From positions 11,053 through 75,052 of the forward strand of contig JADLHC010000085.1 of NCBI GenBank assembly GCA_020849035.1: 64,000 nucleotides of DNA. Direction: 5' to 3'. The stretch comes from Planctomycetia bacterium (lineage in GTDB: Bacteria; Planctomycetota; MHYJ01; WSZJ01). Below the pieces are notes generated by a model. That model was not told the DNA's origin. It was given only the letters and a program-made list of their open reading frames with translations, and did no database searches. Made by a program: the position numbers and the translations under genes. Of this stretch, positions 51,914 to 60,846 are shown piece after piece; the stretch's first letter is position 1, and every line of letters begins with the position of its first letter.

Positions 51914-52531
51914 ATGGCCCTCTCCTTCCTCCTCTCCGCCGCCCTCGGCGCCGGCATCTGGTTCCTCTACCCCCCCGCCTCCCCCGCCCCCTTCGTCCTC
52001 TTCCTCTTCGTCCTCTCCTTCTTCCGCGACTTCGAGCGCAAAACCCCCTCCGACCCCGACGCCTTCGTCTCCCCCGCCGACGGCCGCGTCACCGAGATCA
52101 CCGACGTCACCGAGGATACCTACGTCGGCGGCCCCGCCGTCCGCATCGGCATCTTCCTCTCCGTCTTCAACTGCCACGTCAACCGCACCCCCTGGCCCGG
52201 CACCGTCGAGTACATCAAGTACTTCCCCGGCCTCTTCCTCGACGCCCGCCACCCCGACTCCGGCCCGAAAAACGAGGCCAACGCCCTCGGGTTGCGCGAC
52301 GACTCCAGAAATGTCAAAATGCTCGTCCGCCAGGTCGCCGGCCTCATCGCCCGCCGCATCATCTGCACCGCGAAAGTCGGCGACCGGCTCGAGAAGGGCC
52401 AGCGCTTCGGGATGATCAAGTTCGGCTCGCGCACGGAGCTCTACATCCCCAAGGACCGCGTGGGCTCGATCGCCGTGAAAGTCGGGGACGCCGTGTACGG
52501 CGCAAAGACGATCCTGGGGAGGCTGAAATAG
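51914..52531 (+). CDS. psd: phosphatidylserine decarboxylase-related proenzyme (short type)
   Basis: FFRDFERKTP...VSPADGRVTEI...IFLSVFNCHVNRTPWPGTV...QVAGLIARRI...GQRFGMIKFGSRTELYIP. The start is uncertain. Confidence 0.88.
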   Translation: MALSFLLSAALGAGIWFLYPPASPAPFVLFLFVLSFFRDFERKTPSDPDAFVSPADGRVTEITDVTEDTYVGGPAVRIGIFLSVFNCHVNRTPWPGTVEYIKYFPGLFLDARHPDSGPKNEANALGLRDDSRNVKMLVRQVAGLIARRIICTAKVGDRLEKGQRFGMIKFGSRTELYIPKDRVGSIAVKVGDAVYGAKTILGRLK

Positions 52532-52532
52532 C

Positions 52533-53399
52533 GTGAAGGGCACCCGCAAGTTCAAGGTCAAGAGGCTCAGGCACATCGGGCTTCTCCCGACGCTCGTCAC
52601 GCTGGGCAACGTCATCTGCGGTTTCGCGGCCGTGATCTTCGCGGCGCGCTCGATGGTCCTGATGGCCGCCCGCCCCTCCGGGCTCGCGGCGGACGCCTCC
52701 TACAATTTCCAGCTCGCGGGCTGGATGATCATCATCGCCATGGTCTTCGACGCGCTCGACGGGCGGGTGGCGCGGATGACGGGAAGCGCCTCGAAGTTCG
52801 GCGCGGAGCTGGACTCGCTGTGCGACGCGGTGTCGTTCGGGCTGGCGCCGGCGTTCCTGGCGTACGTGACGATCGACGCGTGCGGCGGGATCCTGCCGCG
52901 GAAGGTGGCGGTGGCGATCTGCGCGGTGTACGCGGCGTGCGCGGTGCTGCGGCTGGCGCGGTTCAACGTGGAGACGACCCTGGACGAGGAGGCGCACATG
53001 TCGTTCCGCGGGCTGCCCTCTCCCGCGGCGGCGGGCGTGGTGGTCTCGCTGACGCTCCTGCGCGACCACCTGGCGGGGTCCCGGACGGCGGACGTGATTG
53101 CTCTGGCGCTGCCTTTCGCGGTGCTCGCAAGCGGGATCGCGATGATCTCGAACGTCCGGTACGCGCACCTCGTGAACAAGCTGCTGCGCGGGCATCACCG
53201 GTTCGCGCGGATGGCGGAGGTCGTGCTGGTCGCGCTCATGGCCGCGATGGAGCCCATCGTGACGCTCGCGCTCGCCTTCTGCGGCTACGCGATCTCGGGG
53301 CCGATCCTCTGGTTCTTTCGCCGGCCCCAGGCCGCGGTGACGCCGGCCGCGCCTCCGGCAGGCGAGAAGAAGACGACCCGCGCGCCGGGGATGCCGTAG
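52533..53399 (+). CDS. pssA: CDP-diacylglycerol--serine O-phosphatidyltransferase
   Basis: GTG start 2 nt after the psd stop. CDP-alcohol phosphatidyltransferase motif DALDGRVARMTGSASKFGAELDSLCDAVSFG. Confidence 0.9.
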   Translation: MKGTRKFKVKRLRHIGLLPTLVTLGNVICGFAAVIFAARSMVLMAARPSGLAADASYNFQLAGWMIIIAMVFDALDGRVARMTGSASKFGAELDSLCDAVSFGLAPAFLAYVTIDACGGILPRKVAVAICAVYAACAVLRLARFNVETTLDEEAHMSFRGLPSPAAAGVVVSLTLLRDHLAGSRTADVIALALPFAVLASGIAMISNVRYAHLVNKLLRGHHRFARMAEVVLVALMAAMEPIVTLALAFCGYAISGPILWFFRRPQAAVTPAAPPAGEKKTTRAPGMP

Positions 53400-53405
53400 C
53401 GGCCG

Positions 53406-53870
53406 ATGCCGCGCCGCGCCGTCGCCGCCGTCGGGCTGGGGTCCAACCTGGGCGACCGGGCCGCCAACCTCCGCGCCGCGCTCGCCGCGATGGCGCGCCT
53501 GCCCGGGACCCGCCTCCGCTCGCACTCCTCATTCGTCGAGACCGACCCCGTCGGCCCCCCGCAGCCGCGCTTCCTCAACGCCGCCGCCCTCGTCGAGACG
53601 ACCCTGACGCCGGAGGCCCTCCTCGGCGCCCTTCTCGGCATCGAAGCCGCTCTCGGGCGCATCCGCGACGCGGCCAAGGGACCGCGCACCATTGACCTCG
53701 ACCTCCTCACCCATGGCGCCGCACGCCGGCGGACCGCCTTCCTCACCCTCCCCCACCCCGGGCTCCACCAACGGCTCTTCGTCCTCCTGCCCCTCGCCGC
53801 CATCGCCCCGCGCCTGCTCGTCCCGGGACGCGGCCGGGTCGTCCAATTGCTTGCCAAAATCCGCGGCTGA
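53406..53870 (+). CDS. folK: 2-amino-4-hydroxy-6-hydroxymethyldihydropteridine diphosphokinase
   Basis: VGLGSNLGDRAANLRAAL...SSFVETDPVGPPQPRFLNAAALVETTLTPEALL...GPRTIDLDLL...LPHPGLHQRLFVL. Confidence 0.9.
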   Translation: MPRRAVAAVGLGSNLGDRAANLRAALAAMARLPGTRLRSHSSFVETDPVGPPQPRFLNAAALVETTLTPEALLGALLGIEAALGRIRDAAKGPRTIDLDLLTHGAARRRTAFLTLPHPGLHQRLFVLLPLAAIAPRLLVPGRGRVVQLLAKIRG

Positions 53871-53900
53871 GGCGTTCATGGAGCGGGGATTTCAGGGGAA

Positions 53901-54758
53901 ATGAGGTCGATGCCGAAGGTCGTCCACACCGTTGCCGAACTCCACAAGATCCTGCTGCCTCTCTGGCGCAAAGGCGAGTCGGTCGGGTTCGTCCCCACCA
54001 TGGGCGCCCTCCACGAGGGCCACGTCTCCCTCATGCGCCTGTCCAGGACCGGCGGCAACGCGATGACCGTCGTTTCCGTCTTCGTCAATCCTCTCCAGTT
54101 CGCGCCGGGCGAGGACTACGACGAGTACCCGCGCGACCTCCAGGGCGACGTCAAGGTCTGCCGCGACGCCGGCGTGGACGTCGTCTTCGCCCCCTCCGTC
54201 GCCGAAATGTACCCGCGCGGGTTCGTGACCTGGGCCGACCAGGACAAGCTCACCGAGAAACTCTGCGGCGGGAACCGCCCGGGACATTTCCGCGGCGTCC
54301 TGACCGTCGTCCTCAAACTCTTCAACATCGTCCGCCCCACCATCGCCTACTTCGGGCAGAAGGACTACCAGCAGTCCGTCATCATCCAGCGCATGGTCAC
54401 GGACCTGAATCTCGACCTGAAGGTCCAGGTCTGCCCGATCGTCCGCGAGCCCGACGGCCTGGCGATGTCGAGCCGCAACGTGTACCTCGGGCCGAAGCAC
54501 CGGACGGAAGCGCTGGTGCTGCACCAGGCCCTGGAGCGGGCGAGGGAGCTGGTCGCGGGCGGCGAGAAGAGCGTGAAGAAGCTGCACGGCGAGGTGAAGC
54601 GGATCATCGGGACGGCGAAGAGCGCGAAGATCGACTACGTCGCGATCGTGCACCCGGAGACGCTGGAGGACGTGAACGACGTGAGCGGCCGGACCGTCAT
54701 AGCCGTCGCCGTGCGCTTCGGGAAAACGCGCCTCATCGACAACGTCATCGTCGAGTAG
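53901..54758 (+). CDS. panC: pantoate--beta-alanine ligase
   Basis: GFVPTMGALHEGHVSLM...VSVFVNPLQFAPGEDY..YPR...GHFRGVLTVVLKLFNIV...AYFGQKDYQQ. Confidence 0.95.
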   Translation: MRSMPKVVHTVAELHKILLPLWRKGESVGFVPTMGALHEGHVSLMRLSRTGGNAMTVVSVFVNPLQFAPGEDYDEYPRDLQGDVKVCRDAGVDVVFAPSVAEMYPRGFVTWADQDKLTEKLCGGNRPGHFRGVLTVVLKLFNIVRPTIAYFGQKDYQQSVIIQRMVTDLNLDLKVQVCPIVREPDGLAMSSRNVYLGPKHRTEALVLHQALERARELVAGGEKSVKKLHGEVKRIIGTAKSAKIDYVAIVHPETLEDVNDVSGRTVIAVAVRFGKTRLIDNVIVE

Positions 54759-54782
54759 GCGCGGAGGCGGTAGCCTGACCGC

Positions 54783-55655
54783 ATGCGCATCACCGGCGAT
54801 TCGCGCGGCATCACCGTCGAGGCGACCTCGAAGCTCAATTTGTTCCTCGAGATCACGGCGAAGCGTGCGGACGGGTTCCACGAACTCGAGTCGGTCTTCC
54901 ACGAAATCGACCTCGGGGACACGCTGACCTTCGAGCCGGCGGCAAGGCTCGAGCTGCATGTGCGCGGCGACGGCGCCCCGCCCGGCGAGGACAATATCGT
55001 CCTCAAGGCCGCGCGCCTGCTCGCGTCCGAAAACAAAACATCGGCCGGGGCGCGAATCGTCCTCGAGAAGCGCGTCCCCACCGGCGCCGGGCTCGGCGGC
55101 GGATCCGCCGACGCGGCCGCGACGTTGCTCGGCCTCGACCGACTCTGGAGCCTCGGCCTCGGCAAACCCGCCCTCCACGCCCTCGCCGCCCGCCTCGGCT
55201 CCGACGTCAATTTCTTCCTCGAGGGCGGCACCGCCCTCTGCACCGGCCGAGGCGAGATCGTCTCCCCGCTCCCCTCACACCCGCCCCTCCACTTCGCCCT
55301 CCTCTGCCCGCCCTTCCCCACCCTCACCGCCGACGTCTACCGCCGCTTCACATTCGACTTGAACGCCCCTCGCAACAGTCCTAACATCCTCATCAGCCGG
55401 CTTCCCGCCGGGTCGCCGGCTGCCCTTGAGGGAGGGCTGTTCAACCGCCTTGAGTCCGCCGCGCTCGCCGCGGAGCCGCGCCTCGCGCGCGTCCTCGCGA
55501 CGGCCCAGCGGACGGGGCCTTTCGGTGCCAGGGTGACCGGAAGCGGTTCGACGGTGTACCTGCCCGTTTTGTCCCGCGCGGAGGCGGAGAGACTCGCAGG
55601 GGACCCCGTGCTCTCCTCTCTCGGACGCGTGATACCGGCGGCCAGCGCTCGGTAG
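54783..55655 (+). CDS. ispE: 4-(cytidine 5'-diphospho)-2-C-methyl-D-erythritol kinase
   Basis: KLNLFLEITAKRADGFHELESVF...LEKRVPTGAGLGGGSADAAATLLGL (GHMP kinase motif). Confidence 0.92.
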   Translation: MRITGDSRGITVEATSKLNLFLEITAKRADGFHELESVFHEIDLGDTLTFEPAARLELHVRGDGAPPGEDNIVLKAARLLASENKTSAGARIVLEKRVPTGAGLGGGSADAAATLLGLDRLWSLGLGKPALHALAARLGSDVNFFLEGGTALCTGRGEIVSPLPSHPPLHFALLCPPFPTLTADVYRRFTFDLNAPRNSPNILISRLPAGSPAALEGGLFNRLESAALAAEPRLARVLATAQRTGPFGARVTGSGSTVYLPVLSRAEAERLAGDPVLSSLGRVIPAASAR

Positions 55656-55689
55656 CGTGAAACGCGACGTCAGGGAAGGACGGGACACC

Positions 55690-56181
55690 ATGCAGATCAC
55701 CGAGGTCCGGGTCAAGCTCGTGAGCCGCCCGAACGACAAGCTGCGGGCGTTCTGCTCGATCACGCTCGAGAACGCCCTGGTCATCCGCGACATCAAGATC
55801 ATCGACGGCTCGAGGGGGCCGTTCGTGGCGATGCCCTCGCGGAAGCTGACGGACCGGTGCCCGAAGTGCGGGGGGAAGAACCACCTGCGGGCGACGTTCT
55901 GCAACGACTGCGGCGGGCGGCTGCCGGTGAAGCGGAAGATCGTGATCGAGGAGGGGCGGCAGAAGCTGTACGCGGACGTGGCGCACCCGATCCACGCGGC
56001 GGGGCGCGAGGAGCTGGCGGGGGCGATCCTGAAAGCGTTCGCGGAGGAGCTGGAGAAGTCGAAGCAGCCGGGCTACAAGCCGGTGGAGCTGTTCGGCGAC
56101 GACGACGCGTTCCTCGACGACGACTACGCGGCGAAGACGGAGTCGCGGCCGCCGCGCGTGAACACGTCGGCGGCGCCATAG
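55690..56181 (+). CDS. spoVG: SpoVG family protein with an internal zinc-ribbon insertion and acidic tail
   Basis: MQITEVRVKLVSRPNDKLRAFCSITLENALVIRDIKIIDGSRGPFVAMPSRK...ADVAHPI is the SpoVG core. It is interrupted by CPKCGGKNHLRATFCNDCGG. Confidence 0.85.
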   Translation: MQITEVRVKLVSRPNDKLRAFCSITLENALVIRDIKIIDGSRGPFVAMPSRKLTDRCPKCGGKNHLRATFCNDCGGRLPVKRKIVIEEGRQKLYADVAHPIHAAGREELAGAILKAFAEELEKSKQPGYKPVELFGDDDAFLDDDYAAKTESRPPRVNTSAAP

Positions 56182-56243
56182 TTCCGCGGCGGTGGTCCGG
56201 GGAAGAGCGTATTATCCGCGCTTCCCGCAACCGGAGACCCGCC

Positions 56244-57860
56244 ATGCGCGCCGCCACGCTCGCCTCGTTGCTCCTGCTCGCCGGCTGTTCGTCGCTCCCT
56301 GAAGGACGGTTCGAGGGCACCGGCTCCCACTCGCGGAAGGTCACGACGTCCTCGGCCGAGGCGCAGGAGTGGTTCGACCAGGGGCTGAACTTCCTGTTCG
56401 CGTTCAACCACGACGAAGCGATCCGGTCGTTCGAGAGGTCGGCGGCGGCGGACCCGTGGTGCGCGATGGCGTACTGGGGAATCGCGCTGGCGAACGGGCC
56501 GCACATCAACAACCCGATGGTCGACGAGGCGCACGCGAAGGCGGCGTGGGCGGCGCTGGGGAAGGCGCGCGAGCTCGCCGCGGGCGCTTCCCCCGTCGAG
56601 CGCGAGCTGATCGAGGCGCTGTCGAAGCGGTACGCGGACCCGCAGCCGGCGGACCGGGGGCCGCTGGACCGGGCGTACGCGGACGCGATGAGGGAGGCAT
56701 GGAAGCGGCATGGGGACGACGCGGACGTCGGGGCGCTGTTCGCGGAGGCGATGATGGACCTGCGGCCGTGGGATTTGTGGACGCAGGACAGGAAGGCGCA
56801 GCCGGGGACGGAGGAGATCGTCGCGACGCTCGAGGCGGTGCTGAGGATGGACGCGAAGCACCCGCTCGGCTGCCACCTGTACATCCACGCGGTGGAGGCG
56901 TCGGCGGAGCCGGGGCGGGCGGACGCGGCGTGCGACGCGCTGCGCGACCTCGCGCCGGGGCTGGGGCATCTCGTGCACATGCCGTCGCACATCGACGTCC
57001 GGCGCGGGCGGTGGGAGGAGGCGGTCGAGGCGAACGAGCGCGCGATCGAGGCCGACGCGCGGTACGTCGCGCGCGCGCTGCCGCCGGGGTTCTACCGCGT
57101 CTACATGGCGCACAACCGCCACATGCTGGCGTTCGCGTGCATGATGACCGGCCGCTCGAAGCTCGCGGCGGACTCGCTCGCCGCGATGCTTGCCGAGATG
57201 CCGCCGGACTTCCTCGAGGCCGCCGCGCCGCTCGTGGACGGCTTCGTCGCCTCCCCGCTCATGGCCGACATGCGGTTCGGGCGCTGGGAAGCGGTGCTGG
57301 CGGCGCCGGAGCCGAGGGAGATCTTCCCGCAGTCCCGGGCCTACCGGCATTTCGCCCGCGGCTGCGCGTTCGCGGCGCTCGGGAAGGCGGCGGAAGCGCG
57401 GGCGGCGCAGAAGGAGTTCGAGGCGGCGGTGGCGAAGGTCCCCGCGGACGCGTTCTTCGGCAACAACGGGGCCGGGGCGCTGTTCCAGGTCGCTTCCGGC
57501 ATGCTCGAGGGCGAGATCCTCGTCGCCGAGAACCGGCTCGACGAGGGGATCACGATGCTCAAGGCCGCGGTCGCGCACGAGGACGGCCTGCGCTACGACG
57601 AGCCGCCGGACTGGATCATGCCGGTCCGCCACCCGCTCGGCGCCGCGCTGCTGCGCGCCGGCAAGGCCGCGGAGGCCGAGGCGGTCTACCGCGAGGACCT
57701 GCGCCAGTGGCCCGGCAACGGCTGGTCGCTGTACGGCCTCGCCCAGTCGCTCAAGGCGCAGGGCAAGGACGCCGCGCAGGCCGAGCGCGACTTCGCGACC
57801 GCGTGGAAGCACGCCGACGTCGAGGTGAACTCGTCGTGCCTGTGCCTGCCGCCGAGGTAG
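56244..57860 (+). CDS. TPR-like lipoprotein, conserved hypothetical
   Basis: GGAG SD. Lipobox MRAATLASLLLLAGCS. AQEWFDQGLNFLFAFNHDEAIRSFERSAAADPWCAMAYWGIA and further helical-repeat sequence. Confidence 0.75.
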   Translation: MRAATLASLLLLAGCSSLPEGRFEGTGSHSRKVTTSSAEAQEWFDQGLNFLFAFNHDEAIRSFERSAAADPWCAMAYWGIALANGPHINNPMVDEAHAKAAWAALGKARELAAGASPVERELIEALSKRYADPQPADRGPLDRAYADAMREAWKRHGDDADVGALFAEAMMDLRPWDLWTQDRKAQPGTEEIVATLEAVLRMDAKHPLGCHLYIHAVEASAEPGRADAACDALRDLAPGLGHLVHMPSHIDVRRGRWEEAVEANERAIEADARYVARALPPGFYRVYMAHNRHMLAFACMMTGRSKLAADSLAAMLAEMPPDFLEAAAPLVDGFVASPLMADMRFGRWEAVLAAPEPREIFPQSRAYRHFARGCAFAALGKAAEARAAQKEFEAAVAKVPADAFFGNNGAGALFQVASGMLEGEILVAENRLDEGITMLKAAVAHEDGLRYDEPPDWIMPVRHPLGAALLRAGKAAEAEAVYREDLRQWPGNGWSLYGLAQSLKAQGKDAAQAERDFATAWKHADVEVNSSCLCLPPR

Positions 57861-57918
57861 CCTGACGAGAGGGACGGCCACCGTCAGATTCGGATACGCC
57901 AGAATCCGGCGAGCAGAA

Positions 57919-58506
57919 TCACGGCCGCAATCCCGACTCCTTGAGAGCTTCTTCCAGTCGAGGCGTCACACCAAGGCGACCGGCCCACTCGCGAACATAG
58001 GTCCACTCGAGCGCCGACTGCACGGCGAGGAGCCGTTCGATGGCGGCGCGATCCTTCGGACGCCAGGCGACGAGTTTGTAGATGAGAAGGTCTTCGGGCG
58101 AGACCACGAAAGTCCTGAATCCCTCCGCGAGGTCCACCGGCCTCCGGCGCGTCAACGCGGACTGCTGAAAGCCGTCGGTGGCGAGAAAGATGTCTGCTGC
58201 ACGCAGCCCGGCGCCCACTGGCCAATGCACGGAGAACTCCTGGAATCGCGCGGCACCCACGGAGTTGAGCCAAGCCGTCGGAGGTGGCACGAAGCCCGCG
58301 CGATCAAGGTCCGCGATGAGTCCCGGCACGTCCGCGGGGTCGAGGGCCGCGCAGAGATCGATATCGTACGTCGGTGCCGGAATGCTCCAGGCATTCATGG
58401 CAAGCCCGCCGATGAAGGCGTGAGTGATCCCGCGGGCTGTCAGCACACCGGAGAGACTGCGAGCCTTCTCGAGGAGTTCATCCGCCATGTTGCCGTGTTT
58501 GCTCAT
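57919..58506 (-). CDS. minimal nucleotidyltransferase-fold protein (putative toxin-antitoxin-type module component)
   Basis: HAFIGGLAMNAWSIPAPTYDIDL (GG...DxD pattern), then VVSPEDLLIYKLVAWRPKDRAAIERLL. The start is ATG 58506 or 58488. Local GC is lower than in the flanks. Confidence 0.65.
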   Translation of the reverse strand: MSKHGNMADELLEKARSLSGVLTARGITHAFIGGLAMNAWSIPAPTYDIDLCAALDPADVPGLIADLDRAGFVPPPTAWLNSVGAARFQEFSVHWPVGAGLRAADIFLATDGFQQSALTRRRPVDLAEGFRTFVVSPEDLLIYKLVAWRPKDRAAIERLLAVQSALEWTYVREWAGRLGVTPRLEEALKESGLRP

Positions 58507-58705
58507 CTGCAGCCGCCAAGCCCGCAAGCAAGGCCTTGATCGACTCACGACGAATCCGGGTTTCCGCCTCGAGGCGGCGCTCGCGCTCCTCCGGCGGCAG
58601 CGACATCAAGGCGCACCACGCGACCTTGTTGAGGGCGCTCATCTCCGCAATGCGTTCGCGGGGGCTCATTTTGCGATAATGTTCCAGCATCGCCGGGCTC
58701 AGCAT
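58478..58705 (-). CDS. small helical protein (75 aa) overlapping the nucleotidyltransferase gene start
   Basis: MLSPAMLEHYRKMSPRERIAEMSALNKVAWCALMSLPPEERERRLEAETRIRRESIKALLAGL. The stop overlaps the downstream start by 11-29 nt. Confidence 0.55.
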   Translation of the reverse strand: MLSPAMLEHYRKMSPRERIAEMSALNKVAWCALMSLPPEERERRLEAETRIRRESIKALLAGLAAADEQTRQHGG

Positions 58706-58912
58706 TCCACCATTTTACACTCCGCCCGGCTGGGACGTTGGGAGCCGGTTTACCTGGAGAGCTGCATGATTCCGGATCCGAGTGAAATCCTGAAAGCGAT
58801 CTCCAAGGGCTGGGGCTGGAAGGTCGGCACTCCCGTCGACGTCCTCGCCACGGGGCACTAGCGCAGACCCCACTCGCCGCACCGCCCGGATCTGTGACAT
58901 AATCCGTCCCTC

Positions 58913-60286
58913 ATGTCCCTCCTCCGCAGGCTCCCGCAGGTCAGCTCGCTGCTCGAATCGAAGGAAGCCGCTTCGCTCGCGAAGTCGCACGGGCGCGAGC
59001 TGGTGACGGAGGCGGTGCGAGGCGTGCTGGACGGGCTGCGGGCGCAGATCAAGTCGGGGGAGAACGGGGTGTCGGAGGACGCGCTGGCGGCGCCGGCGAT
59101 CCTGGCGCGCGCCGCGGCGGTCCTTGAGGGCGCTTCCCGCCCCGGGCTGCGCCGCGTGATCAACGCGACGGGGATCATCCTGCACACGGGGCTGGGGCGG
59201 GCGGTGCTGCCGAAGGCGGCGCTGGACGCGCTGGTGGCGGAGAACAAGGGGTACAACCTGCTGGAAGTGGACCGGGAGACGGCGGAGCGGGCGCACCGGG
59301 AGCGGCACTGCGCGAAGCTGCTGGAGCGGGTGACGGGCGCGCCGGCGGCGACGGTGGTGAACAACAACGCGGCGGCGACGATGCTGTGCCTCGCGGCGCT
59401 GGCGGCGGGCAAGGAAGTCATCGTGTCGCGCGGGCAGCTCGTCGAGATCGGCGGCGCGTTCCGGGTGCCGGACGTGATGAAGCAGTCGGGGTGCCGGATG
59501 GTGGAGGTCGGCACGACGAACAAGACGCGGATCGCGGACTACGAGAAGGCGATCACGCCCGACACGGCGCTCCTCATGCGCGTCCACCGCTCGAACTTCG
59601 CCGTCGTCGGCTTCGTCGAGGAACCGTCGCTCGAGGAGCTCGTCGGCCTCGCGAAAAAGCGCAACCTCCGCGTCCTCGACGACATCGGCTCCGGCGCCCT
59701 CCTCGACGTCGCCCGCTACGGCATCACCCCCGAGCCGATGGTCGCCGCTTCCGTCGCCCAGGGCGCCGACCTCTCGTGCATCTCCGGCGACAAGCTCCTC
59801 GGCGGCCCGCAGGCCGGCATCATCGCGGGCTCGACCGAGGCCGTCGCCCTCTGCCGCAGACACCCGCTCTTCCGCGCCGTCCGCCCCGACAAGCTCCAGC
59901 TCGTCGCGCTCGAGGCGACGCTGCGGCTGTACCTGAACCCCGACACGGTCGAGGACACGGTGCCGACGCTGCGCATGATGAAGATGCCGCTGGCGGAGAT
60001 CGAGAAGCGCGCGAAGGCGATGGCGAAGGCGCTGCACGCGGAGGTCTGGGACGAGGAGTCGCAGATCGGCGGCGGCTCGACGCCCGGGCAGAACCTGAAA
60101 ACGAAGGTGGTCGCGGTGGACCCGGGCGCGAAAGGCGCGGACGCCGTGATCGTCGCGCTGCGGCTCGGCGAGCCGCCGGTGTTCGCGCGGGTGCAGAAGG
60201 GACGCGTGCTGCTCGACCCGCGGACGATGCAGGACGGCGAGGACGACGAAGCGGTGGCGGCGATGAAGGCGGCGCTGGGGCGCTAG
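58913..60286 (+). CDS. selA: L-seryl-tRNA(Sec) selenium transferase
   Basis: MSLLRRLPQVSSLLES...VINATGIILHTGLGRAVL...YNLLEVDRETAERAHRERH...VVNNNAAATMLCL...SRGQLVEIGGAFRVPDVM...SGDKLLGGPQAGII (PLP-lysine region). Confidence 0.92.
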   Translation: MSLLRRLPQVSSLLESKEAASLAKSHGRELVTEAVRGVLDGLRAQIKSGENGVSEDALAAPAILARAAAVLEGASRPGLRRVINATGIILHTGLGRAVLPKAALDALVAENKGYNLLEVDRETAERAHRERHCAKLLERVTGAPAATVVNNNAAATMLCLAALAAGKEVIVSRGQLVEIGGAFRVPDVMKQSGCRMVEVGTTNKTRIADYEKAITPDTALLMRVHRSNFAVVGFVEEPSLEELVGLAKKRNLRVLDDIGSGALLDVARYGITPEPMVAASVAQGADLSCISGDKLLGGPQAGIIAGSTEAVALCRRHPLFRAVRPDKLQLVALEATLRLYLNPDTVEDTVPTLRMMKMPLAEIEKRAKAMAKALHAEVWDEESQIGGGSTPGQNLKTKVVAVDPGAKGADAVIVALRLGEPPVFARVQKGRVLLDPRTMQDGEDDEAVAAMKAALGR

Positions 60287-60777
60287 TCGTCGTCGTCCTT
60301 TCCGCCCTTCCCGCCCTTCCCTTCCCCGCCCAGCGTCGCCGTGAGGCCCTGGATGAACGCGTCCTTCTCGGCGGCGGTAAGCCGCGCGTCGGGGTGGCCG
60401 AGGACGTAGCTCGTCATGGGCATTTCGCCCTCGCCGACGGTTTCGGCGGCCTCGTGGGCCTCCTTCTGGGGCTTGTTGAACTCGGAGAAGTTGAGCTTGC
60501 TGCGGCCTTCGTCCACGTGGTTCTGGACGAGCCAGGAGACGGGGGCGACGTGCGAGTACCAGGGCCACTGGGACTGGTTGGAGTGGCAGTCGAAGCACGC
60601 GCGGACGGCGGTGGCGCGGGTGGCCGGGGAGTCCCAGGCGGGTTCCTTGAGGACGGGCGGGTTGCTGTGGTTTCGGCCGTACGGGACGAACTGGATGGCG
60701 ACGAAGACGGCGAGGCCGGCGAGGACGCCGCGGCGGAGCCAGCGGGAGAGGAAGGAGCGTCGTGAGGGTTCGGACAT
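60283..60777 (-). CDS. heme-binding-domain protein (single CxxCH, membrane anchored)
   Basis: TM segment GVLAGLAVFVAIQFV. CFDCHSNQSQWPWYSHVAPVSWLVQNHVDEGRSKLNFSEF. The stop overlaps the selA stop (CTAG). Confidence 0.75.
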   Translation of the reverse strand: MSEPSRRSFLSRWLRRGVLAGLAVFVAIQFVPYGRNHSNPPVLKEPAWDSPATRATAVRACFDCHSNQSQWPWYSHVAPVSWLVQNHVDEGRSKLNFSEFNKPQKEAHEAAETVGEGEMPMTSYVLGHPDARLTAAEKDAFIQGLTATLGGEGKGGKGGKDDDD

Positions 60778-60846
60778 GGTCGGACCTCCGATGTGGGGAC
60801 ACCGGAAGCGTACGCCACGCGGGTGAAAGTCCGTTGAAGCGCGGAT

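Noticed and set aside
58767-58861. 31-codon ORF MIPDPSEILKAISKGWGWKVGTPVDVLATGH as a gene
   Set aside because: It is too short and has no SD. It is more likely a remnant of a decayed gene, and it is mentioned only as context for the nucleotidyltransferase cassette.
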